DNA from: Embleya sp. NPDC008237 | Lineage (GTDB): Bacteria; Actinomycetota; Actinomycetes; Streptomycetales; Streptomycetaceae | Direction of reading: 5' to 3' | NCBI RefSeq assembly: GCF_042956465.1 | Contig: NZ_JBIBGL010000018.1 | Span: forward strand, 225,301-249,300 | Length of the DNA stretch: 24,000 nt | Shown: in pieces, positions 16,667-22,821 of the stretch | Numbering within the stretch: position 1 is the first letter of the stretch | Layout of the letters: each line of letters opens with the position of its first letter | Position numbers and translations under genes: made by a program | Notes under the pieces: model-generated | The model's database searches: none | Told to the model about the DNA's origin: nothing | Seen by the model: the letters and a program-made list of their open reading frames with translations, nothing else

Positions 16667-16699
16667 CCGCACGGGGGGCTCACCGTATGGGGTGGAAAG

Positions 16700-17221
16700 T
16701 TGACGCGCGGCGCCAAGAACCTCACGCACCTCGACGAGGCCGGCGCGGCCCGCATGGTGGACGTCACGGCCAAGCAGATCTCGGTCCGCACGGGCTCGGC
16801 CTCGGGCCGGGTGCTCGTGTCGCCGCGTGTGGTCGAACTCCTGCGGGGCGAGGGCATGCCCAAGGGTGACGCACTGGCCACGGCCCGGATCGCGGGAATC
16901 ATGGCGGCCAAGCGCACGCCCGACCTGGTGCCGCTGTGCCACCCGATCGCGCTGCACGGCGTCGCGGTGGACCTGACGGTGCACGACGACGCGGTGGAGA
17001 TCACCGCGACCGTGCGCACCGCGGACCGAACCGGCGTCGAGATGGAGGCGCTGACCGCGGTCTCCGTCGCGGCGCTCACGGTCGTGGACATGATCAAGGC
17101 AGTGGACCCGGGCGCGGTCATCACCGACGTGCGGGTCGAGCGGAAGACGGGCGGCGCCTCCGGGGACTGGGAACGGGACACCGGGGCAGCGGCCACACAA
17201 CGGGACGGAGGGCAAGTCTGA
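16700..17221 (+). CDS. moaC: Cyclic pyranopterin monophosphate synthase accessory protein MoaC
   Basis: The family N-terminus LTHLDEAGAARMVDVTAK is followed by KGDALATARIAGIMAAKRTPDLVPLCHPI and TGVEMEALTAVSVAALTVVDMIKA. I place the start at the TTG at 16700, preceded by GGGGTGGA. The frame is open back to 16523 through the repeat array, so the start is uncertain. Confidence 0.85.
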   Translation: MTRGAKNLTHLDEAGAARMVDVTAKQISVRTGSASGRVLVSPRVVELLRGEGMPKGDALATARIAGIMAAKRTPDLVPLCHPIALHGVAVDLTVHDDAVEITATVRTADRTGVEMEALTAVSVAALTVVDMIKAVDPGAVITDVRVERKTGGASGDWERDTGAAATQRDGGQV

Positions 17222-17910
17222 TGCGAGCCATGGTGATCACCGTGTCCACGCGCGCGGCGGCCGGGACCTACGGGGACGAGAGCGGTCCGGTGATCGTGCG
17301 CGGGCTGCAGGCACTGGGCTTCGAGACGCGGGGCCCGCAGATCGTGCCCGACGGCGAGCCGGTCGGCCAGGCACTGCGGGACGCGGTCGCGGGCCACTAC
17401 GACGTGATCATCACCACCGGGGGGACCGGGCTCAACCCGTTCGACCAGACTCCGCAGATGACCAGCCGGGTGATCAGCTACGAGGTGCCGGGCATCGCCG
17501 AGGCGATCCGGATGGAGAACTTCGACAAGGTGCCGACCTCGATCCTGTCGCGCGGCATCGCCGGCGTCGCGATCACCCAGGACTCGCACTGGACCTACCG
17601 CAGCCTGATCGTCAATCTGCCCGGCTCGCCCGGCGGTGCACAGGACGGCATCAACGTGCTGGCCAAGGTGCTGCCGCACGTGGTGTCCCAGCTCCAGGGC
17701 GGCGACCACCAGCAGGGCGGCGGGTTCGGCGGCGGTGGCGGTGCCGGCGGCGGCTTCGGCGGCGGGGGGCAGCAGCCCGCGCCCGGAGGCGGCGGCTACC
17801 AGGGCGGCTTCGGTGGCGGGGGCGGCTACCAGGGCGGCGGCGCGGGCGGTGGGTTCCAGGGCGGCGGGGGCTACGGAGGGGCGCAGCAGCCGCCATGGGG
17901 CACGCACTGA
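17221..17910 (+). CDS. MogA/MoaB-family molybdenum cofactor biosynthesis protein with about 70-aa Gly/Gln/Tyr/Phe-rich C-terminal tail
   Basis: The ATG at 17221 shares its A with the moaC TGA (cTGATG). The MoCF_biosynth core runs VITVSTRAAAGTYGDESGP...YDVIITTGGTGLNPFDQTP...LSRGIAGV...LIVNLPGSPGGA. From about nt 17695 the ORF encodes GGDHQQGGGFGGGGGAGGGFGGGGQQPAPGGGGYQGGFGGGGGYQGGGAGGGFQGGGGYGGAQQPPWGTH. Confidence 0.85.
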   Translation: MRAMVITVSTRAAAGTYGDESGPVIVRGLQALGFETRGPQIVPDGEPVGQALRDAVAGHYDVIITTGGTGLNPFDQTPQMTSRVISYEVPGIAEAIRMENFDKVPTSILSRGIAGVAITQDSHWTYRSLIVNLPGSPGGAQDGINVLAKVLPHVVSQLQGGDHQQGGGFGGGGGAGGGFGGGGQQPAPGGGGYQGGFGGGGGYQGGGAGGGFQGGGGYGGAQQPPWGTH

Positions 17911-18524
17911 CCCGCGGGTGGCCGGTGGAGCTCACCGAGGGCCGGGTCACCCTGCGCCCGATCCGCGCCCGGGACGCGGTCGCCTGGCAGGAGGTGCACA
18001 CCCGCAACCGCGAGTGGCTGCGCCGCTGGGAGGCGACCGTGCCGCCGGGCTCCGCGGCCGGTCGGCGGCCGACCTTCCGGCAGATGGTGCGCTTTCTGCG
18101 GGCCGAGGCGGGCGCCGGCCGGATGTTGCCGTTCGTGGTGTTGTACGACGGGCAGTTGGTCGGTCAGGTCACGGTCGCCGGGATCACCTGGGGTTCGATG
18201 TGCTCGGCGCACGTCGGCTATTGGGTGGACGAACGCGTCGCCGGGCTGGGCGTGATGCCCACGGCGGTCGCGCTCGCCGCCGACCACTGCTTCTTCCGGC
18301 TGGGCGTCCATCGCCTGGAGGTGTGCATCCGTCCGGAGAACCGGGCCAGTCGGCGGGTGGTGGACAAGCTGGGGTTCCGTGAGGAGTGCCTGCGCCCGCG
18401 CTATCTGCACATCGACGGCGACTGGCGCGACCACATCGCCTACGCGTTGAACGCCGAGGAGGTCCCCGAAGGTCTCCTGATGCGGTGGCGTGCCTACCGC
18501 GAGAGCCGGGGCTTCACCTGGTAG
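17895..18524 (+). CDS. GNAT family N-acetyltransferase, RimJ/RimL-like
   Basis: 209 aa. Motifs are GWPVELTEGRVTLRPIRARDAVAW, FVVLYDGQLVGQVTVAGI, GYWVDERVAGLGVMPTAVALAADHCFFRLGVHRLEVCIRPENRASRRVVDKLGFREE and HIDGDWRDH. The start overlaps the mogA-like tail by 16 nt. The position matches the rimJ homologue of the conserved cluster. Confidence 0.85.
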   Translation: MGHALTRGWPVELTEGRVTLRPIRARDAVAWQEVHTRNREWLRRWEATVPPGSAAGRRPTFRQMVRFLRAEAGAGRMLPFVVLYDGQLVGQVTVAGITWGSMCSAHVGYWVDERVAGLGVMPTAVALAADHCFFRLGVHRLEVCIRPENRASRRVVDKLGFREECLRPRYLHIDGDWRDHIAYALNAEEVPEGLLMRWRAYRESRGFTW

Positions 18525-18699
18525 CGGAATCTCTTCGAGATCGATCCCGCCATATCGACACATCGATCTTGCGATTTCGCTACTCTCCCGGAGATATGAG
18601 CGGTGTCACCTCGGCAGACCCCGGCGCATCCCGGAGAACGGCTGCCCGAGGGGTCTCGGGGGCCACAGCGGCTCCGGGTATCTCGGGTGTCCCGGTCGT

Positions 18700-18780
18700 T
18701 TCGGCCGGGACGGGCTTCTCGGTGAATTCGGCCGGGTCGGGCTTCTCGGCTATTTCGGCCGCGCCGGACGGTTCGGTGGA
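18700..18780. repeat. 27-bp tandem repeat x3 in the rimJ-sepX spacer
   Basis: The units are TTCGGCCGGGACGGGCTTCTCGGTGAA (18700-18726), TTCGGCCGGGTCGGGCTTCTCGGCTAT (18727-18753) and TTCGGCCGCGCCGGACGGTTCGGTGGA (18754-18780). The period is a multiple of 3. Confidence 0.75.
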
Positions 18781-18897
18781 TTTGGTCGCCTCGGCAGTCT
18801 CGGCAGTCACATTCGTCACATGGGCATCACCGCGGATCGGGCGACACACCGTGCCTAATCCGACGATGCGGTGCCCATCCGGCTTAGCGTGTGAAGC

Positions 18898-20073
18898 GTG
18901 AACGGCAGCGGCCTGATCTACGCAGCGATCGTGGGGGCCTGGGCTGCCTATCTGGTGCCCATGTGGCTTCGCCGACAGGACGAGCTCAACGAGGCCCGGC
19001 CGACCGAGCGATTCACCACCGCGATCCGGATCCTCTCCCGTCGCGGCGCCTTCGAGCGCCGCTCCGCCCGTGCGCTCGCGGAGACCCGCGCGCCCGCGGA
19101 GGTCCGAACGCCCGCCGAGGACGGCACGGACGCGCCCGAGCGGGGCGGCCCGACCGAACCGCCGCGCGCTCGGCAGCACCCGACCAAGCCCGCCGCGCCG
19201 ACGACGACGCCGCAGTCGGCCGCGATCCCCGGGCCGGCGTCCCCGGCCAAGGCCGGCAAGCCCGGCGCGGCCAAGCGCCCCGCCGCGCCGGTGCGCCGGG
19301 ACGACGGCCGGGCGGCGCTGCTCACCCGGCGCCGTCGGGTCATCGCGACCCTGTTCGCGACCTTCACCGCCGGCGCGATCCTGGCCGGTGTGGCCGGGCT
19401 CGCGTGGGTGTGGCTGCCGGCCGTACCCGGCGTCCTGCTGTCCGCCTACATCGTGCACCTGCGTGTGCAGGAGCGGCGGCGCTACGAGGCCGGCCTGCGC
19501 CGGCTGGGCCGTCCCGCGGGCGGCAAGTCCGGCACGCCGGCCGACGGCGCCTCGGTCGCCGAATCGCGCTCTCGGGCCAAGGCCCGCGAGACGCACGACG
19601 CCACGCCGCCCCAACCTCGTTCCGCGACCCCGCCGGCCGGCGGCGACGCACGGCAGACGCGCACACCGCGCTCGGGGTCGACCGGCTCGTCCGGGCCGAA
19701 CGGCGCCTCGGGAGCCTCGGCCCCGGCCGGTCCCCGAGGCAGGCGCGACCGGGAGGCGGAGGAGCCCGCGCTGGCCGAGTGGATCGCCGAACTGGCCACC
19801 GGCGGCGACTCGCACGACCGCGACTCGTGGGACCCGGTCCCGGTCCCGCTGCCCACGTACGTGACCGCACCGGTGGTCCCGCGCGGCGACGTCGAACACG
19901 AGCCGGAACGCCCGCAGATCCACGCCGTCCCGGACCCCGTCCCGACCGAGGCCCCGCGCCCGTCCACCCCGTTGTTCGACCAATACGCCGAGGACACCCG
20001 CGCCGGCTACGGCGCCTCGGTCGACTCGCTGCCCCTGTACGAACACGAGTGGCGCCGGGCCGTCAACGAGTGA
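18898..20073 (+). CDS. sepX: Divisome membrane protein SepX/GlpR (Glp receptor; Rv0996-like conserved actinobacterial membrane protein)
   Basis: GTG start. The N-terminus GSGLIYAAIVGAWAAYLVPMWLRRQDELNEARPTERFTTAIRILSRR is the conserved TM plus charged motif as I recall this family. A long Pro/Ala/Arg-rich linker follows, then a second hydrophobic block (VIATLFATFTAGAILAGVAGLAWVWLPAVPGVLLSAYIVHL). The position directly after rimJ in the glp cluster supports the call. The identification rests on recall and synteny, not a search. Confidence 0.72.
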   Translation: MNGSGLIYAAIVGAWAAYLVPMWLRRQDELNEARPTERFTTAIRILSRRGAFERRSARALAETRAPAEVRTPAEDGTDAPERGGPTEPPRARQHPTKPAAPTTTPQSAAIPGPASPAKAGKPGAAKRPAAPVRRDDGRAALLTRRRRVIATLFATFTAGAILAGVAGLAWVWLPAVPGVLLSAYIVHLRVQERRRYEAGLRRLGRPAGGKSGTPADGASVAESRSRAKARETHDATPPQPRSATPPAGGDARQTRTPRSGSTGSSGPNGASGASAPAGPRGRRDREAEEPALAEWIAELATGGDSHDRDSWDPVPVPLPTYVTAPVVPRGDVEHEPERPQIHAVPDPVPTEAPRPSTPLFDQYAEDTRAGYGASVDSLPLYEHEWRRAVNE

Positions 20074-20122
20074 ATACCCGTGCACGACCCACTTCGCCGA
20101 GGTGGTAATGTTTCTCCTCGTT

Positions 20123-20196
20123 GGGCCTGTGGCGCAGTCTGGTAGCGCACCTCGTTCGCATCGAGGGGGTCTGGGGTTCAAATCCCCACAGGTCCA
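20123..20196 (+). tRNA. tRNA-Ala (anticodon CGC)
   Basis: It folds manually into a cloverleaf. The acceptor GGGCCTG pairs with CAGGTCC and includes the G3:U70 alanine identity pair. The D arm is GCGC/GCGC. The anticodon stem CCTCG/CGAGG carries the loop TTCGCAT. The T arm TGGGG/CCCCA carries the loop TTCAAAT. The discriminator is A and CCA is not encoded. Confidence 0.92.
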
Positions 20197-20204
20197 CACA
20201 GCAC

Positions 20205-20237
20205 GAAAGCCCCGCCGGTCGATCCGGCGGGGCTTTC
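20205..20237 (+). terminator. Hairpin immediately after tRNA-Ala
   Basis: GAAAGCCCCGCCGG (20205-20218) pairs perfectly with CCGGCGGGGCTTTC (20224-20237), with a 5-nt loop. It is followed by GTCATTG, a weak T tract, as is common in high-GC actinomycetes. Confidence 0.6.
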
Positions 20238-20776
20238 GTCATTGCCGCAGAAGTACCCGGCGGAAGGCTTCCGGCTCTACGGGGTGCCCCCTCGGGCCGC
20301 GATTCGGCCCGGCCGGCGGAGCCCGCGCGGTGCGTGCCGGGAATCGGCCCACGTCGAGTCGTAGGCGCCTTTGGGCTTGAGGCGCGGAGACCTTGGTCGC
20401 CCCGGCGCGGAACTCGCGTTCGTGTTCGGTCTCCATCGCCTGTGGTCAGGCTCGACGGGTCTCGGTGGCGGGCCGCGTCCGGTCGGCCGGTATCGGCAAC
20501 TCCGGTGTCATAGACGGTAGTTGGCTGTCCCGGGCCGGCGGGATCAGGCAAGGGACCGGTGGGCTGTGGTCCTCGTCACCGCCTTGCCGCCGGTCCCCGG
20601 GTGACGGGCCGGTGATGCGTGGGTGAACTGTGTCGCATTTTGCTCGGGGCGGGAATGGACGGCGGTTGCCCGACCTTGCTCGAAAGAGTGCGCCCGCGAT
20701 ACGGCATGTGGGTGCGCTGCCGCGTGTAGCGGAGTGTGTTCGGGTGGTTATTACGGTCGCGTAGGCGAGGTGAGCG

Positions 20777-21640
20777 ATGCCAACATCGGGTGACATGGCC
20801 GAGCTAGTGAATCCACACGGGAACCTGTCCGAAATCAAATCTTATGTGGCTATCGGCGACAGCTTCACCGAAGGGGTCGGCGATCCCGGGCCCGACGGGC
20901 ATTTCCTCGGATGGGCGGACCGGTTCGCGGCTCGGCTGGCGGTGGAGCGGCCGGGGTTGCGGTACGCGAATCTCGCGGTGCGCGGGAAGTTGTTGCATCA
21001 GATCGTCGAGGAGCAGGTGCCGCTGGCCATCGCGGCCCAACCCGATCTGGTGACGTTGTGTGCGGGTGGCAACGATGTGCTGCGGCCCGGGAGCGATCCG
21101 GACCGGCTGGCCGCCGAGTACGAGGAGGCGGTCGCCGCGTTGACGGCGGCGGGCGCGCGGGTCGTGGTGTTCACCGGGTTCGACACGCGCTGGGTGCCGG
21201 TGCTCAAGCTGATCCGGGGCAAGGTCGCCACGTACAACGAGCTGTTGCGGGCGGTCGCGGATCGCTACGACTGCGTCGTCGCGGACATGTGGGGGCTCAC
21301 GTCGTTGCACGATCGGCGGGCCTGGAGCGAGGACCGGCTGCACCTGTCGCCGCAGGGTCACGACCGGGTGGCGCTCAAGGTCGGGCGGGCGCTCGGGCTG
21401 TCCGTCGAGGGCGATCCGGACGCGCCGTGGCCGGCCGAGGAGGTCGAGGTCACCGCGGGTGCGGCGCGGTTGGAGAACGTGCATTGGGCGCGGGAGCACC
21501 TGGTGCCCTGGATCGGACGGCGGCTTCGGGGGCAGTCGTCGGGGGACCACGTGACCGCGAAGCGGCCGGAGTTGGCGCCGCTGGAGATTGTCGCCGCGCA
21601 ATCGCCCGTTGGCGGGCCCGTGAGTCGTCAAGCCTCGTAG
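20777..21640 (+). CDS. SGNH/GDSL-family hydrolase (lipase/esterase-like)
   Basis: 287 aa. Block I is YVAIGDSFTEGVGD (nucleophile Ser), block III is LCAGGNDVL and block V is DRLHLSPQGHDRVA (Asp/His). GAGGTGA lies 4-5 nt upstream of the ATG at 20777. Confidence 0.88.
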   Translation: MPTSGDMAELVNPHGNLSEIKSYVAIGDSFTEGVGDPGPDGHFLGWADRFAARLAVERPGLRYANLAVRGKLLHQIVEEQVPLAIAAQPDLVTLCAGGNDVLRPGSDPDRLAAEYEEAVAALTAAGARVVVFTGFDTRWVPVLKLIRGKVATYNELLRAVADRYDCVVADMWGLTSLHDRRAWSEDRLHLSPQGHDRVALKVGRALGLSVEGDPDAPWPAEEVEVTAGAARLENVHWAREHLVPWIGRRLRGQSSGDHVTAKRPELAPLEIVAAQSPVGGPVSRQAS

Positions 21641-21649
21641 GCGGGTTGG

Positions 21650-21683
21650 GCCCGTCCGGCTGGTCCTCGAGCGCCGGACGGGC
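21650..21683 (+). terminator. Hairpin 10 nt after the SGNH hydrolase stop
   Basis: GCCCGTCCGGC (21650-21660) pairs perfectly with GCCGGACGGGC (21673-21683), with a 12-nt loop containing CTCGAG. The right arm plus loop is the sequence that is subsequently reiterated in the downstream tandem array. Confidence 0.6.
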
Positions 21684-22035
21684 TGATGGGTTTGCCTGGC
21701 CGGGTTGTCCTCAAGCGCCGGACGGGCTGGGTGGGTTGCGTACCCATGTGTGCGTTGGTCTTGTGCGGGCTTGGGTCGTCCTCAAGCGCCGGACGGGCTG
21801 AAGAGGGTTGCGTACTCGTGTGTGCGTTGGTCTTGTGCGGGCTTGGGTTGTCCTCAAGCGCCGGACGGGCTGGGTGGGGTTGCGTACTCGTGTGTGCGTT
21901 GGTCTTGTGCGGGCTTGGGGTGTCCTCAAGCGCCGGACGGGCTGAAGAGGGTTGCGTACCCGTGTGTGCGTTGGTCTCGTGGAGGCTTGGGTGTCCTCAA
22001 GCGCCGGACGGGCTGGGTGGGTTGCGTGACCGGGC
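21663..22035. repeat. 71/72-bp tandem repeat array (about 5 units, two alternating subtypes forming a ~143-bp higher-order repeat)
   Basis: The core GTCCTC(A/G)AGCGCCGGACGGGCTG starts at 21663, 21707, 21778, 21850, 21922 and 21993. Full units continue with ...G(GGTGGG or AAGAGG)TTGCGTAC(C/T)C(A/G)TGTGTGCGTTGGTCTTGTGCGGGCTTGGG. The GGTGGG and AAGAGG variants strictly alternate. The whole unit is repeated, so there are no unique spacers. Confidence 0.92.
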
Positions 22036-22150
22036 TGGGTGGGTTGCGGGGCCGGGGGGTTGGGTGACCGGGTTGGGTGGGGCGGGGCCAGTTCGGGTGG
22101 TGCGGGCGCGGGTGGGTGGGTTGGCGGCCGGGCCGGGGCGTGTGTGGCTG
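22032..22150 (+). other. Dense G-run tract (multiple canonical G-quadruplex motifs on + strand; C-rich/G-poor on - strand)
   Basis: One example is GGGCTGGGTGGGTTGCGGGG at 22032-22051. It is followed by GGGGGGTTGGGTGACCGGGTTGGGTGGGGCGGGG and GGGTGGTGCGGGCGCGGGTGGGTGGG. The tract runs right up to the TetR stop codon at 22153. Confidence 0.7.
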
Positions 22151-22152
22151 GG

Positions 22153-22770
22153 TTAGGGGGAGCCGGGTTCCGCGGCCGCGCCCAGGATGAGGAGGCGGGC
22201 CGAGCGGGTCACCGTGTGTTCCACGTCGTCCATGGTCATGCGGCCGAAGGCCCAGCTGAACAGGGCGCCTTCCCAGGCTATGCCGAGCAGGTGGACGAAC
22301 TCGTCGGCGCTTGCGAGCTCGTCGGCGATCGCGGTGCGGAACATGTCGTTCATGATCCGGTTGATTTCGCGGTGGCAGTCGCTCACGCCGGGGTCGGACG
22401 AGCCCAGGGCGTGGATCAGCGCGGCGGTCAGTCGTGGGTGGCGGGCCATCGTTCGGCAGGTGTTGTGCAGGATCGCGCAGACCCGCTCGGCGGCGTCGGA
22501 GCCGTCCGGCCGGGCCGCGCCGCTGCGTTCGAGCGCGGCGATCCATTCCAGGTGGGTGGCCGCGAGCAGGTGGTCCTTCGAGGAGAAGTGCCGGTAGATG
22601 GTCGCCGAGGAGAGCCGGGACAGGCGGACGACGTCGCGCATCTGCACGCTGTCGTAGCCGCCTGCCGCGGCCAGGTCGCGGGTCGCGTCGATGGCTCGCC
22701 TGCGTATGTCCTGCTCCCGCGCGATGGACACCGGCGCAGCCTCTCTCGGGGTCGACAACGGCGTGGACAC
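22153..22770 (-). CDS. TetR/AcrR family transcriptional regulator
   Basis: 205 aa. The N-terminal HTH is RRRAIDATRDLAAAGGYDSVQMRDVVRLSRLSSATIYRHFSSKDHLL and the C-terminal domain is helical. The track start is the GTG at 22770 with no RBS. An alternative GTG at 22731 (V14) is preceded by AGAGAGG, so the start is uncertain by 13 codons. Confidence 0.88.
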   Translation of the reverse strand: MSTPLSTPREAAPVSIAREQDIRRRAIDATRDLAAAGGYDSVQMRDVVRLSRLSSATIYRHFSSKDHLLAATHLEWIAALERSGAARPDGSDAAERVCAILHNTCRTMARHPRLTAALIHALGSSDPGVSDCHREINRIMNDMFRTAIADELASADEFVHLLGIAWEGALFSWAFGRMTMDDVEHTVTRSARLLILGAAAEPGSP

Positions 22771-22821
22771 GCTAGTGCCGCGCCGGGCGCCGCGACGGGG
22801 TGAACGTTGCCGGGCACGGCA

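Noticed and set aside
16523-16699. N-terminal extension of MoaC encoded by the 17-bp repeats. The track ORF starts at the TTG at 16523 and gives HRAVRCTGQFVAQGSSL...
   Set aside because: A 17-bp period cycles through all three frames, producing an arbitrary peptide. The conserved MoaC N-terminus (LTHLDEAG.A.MVDV) begins just after the TTG at 16700, which has a GGGGTGGA RBS-like element. The open frame through the repeat is most simply a high-GC accident, although it makes the start call uncertain.
16434-16699. Moco riboswitch upstream of moaC.
   Set aside because: The spacer is dominated by direct repeats, and I cannot recognise the conserved Moco-motif helices by eye. Only a covariance-model scan could settle this. 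It is not reported as a feature.
18580-18828. A - strand acidic Pro-rich small protein (VTNVTAETAEATKSTEPSGAAEIAEKPDPAEFTEKPVPAETTG...) in the rimJ-sepX spacer.
   Set aside because: By my count the G/C third-position bias is only moderate and lower than in the competing + strand frame. There is no ATG and no convincing RBS. It is kept as an alternative inside the spacer finding rather than called as a CDS.
20239-20436. 65-aa - strand ORF (METEHEREFRAGATKVSAPQAQRRLRLDVGRFPARTARAPP...) after tRNA-Ala as a gene.
   Set aside because: The composition becomes Arg/Pro-rich junk after about 19 codons, and the better-looking continuation is in another frame. There is no RBS. It is treated only as a possible pseudogene relic in the findings.
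21663-22035. Possible CRISPR array, suggested by the regularly spaced 23-bp conserved core GTCCTCAAGCGCCGGACGGGCTG.
   Set aside because: The sequence between the cores is itself repeated, so the whole 71/72-bp unit is the repeat and there are no unique spacers. There are no cas genes nearby. The core is half of an adjacent terminator hairpin.
20123-22152. Genomic island integrated at tRNA-Ala.
   Set aside because: There is no integrase or recombinase, no visible att direct repeat of the tRNA 3' end and no compositional break obvious by eye. The downstream pmt is itself part of the conserved mycobacterial/streptomycete neighbourhood. The idea is left as a low-interest check only.
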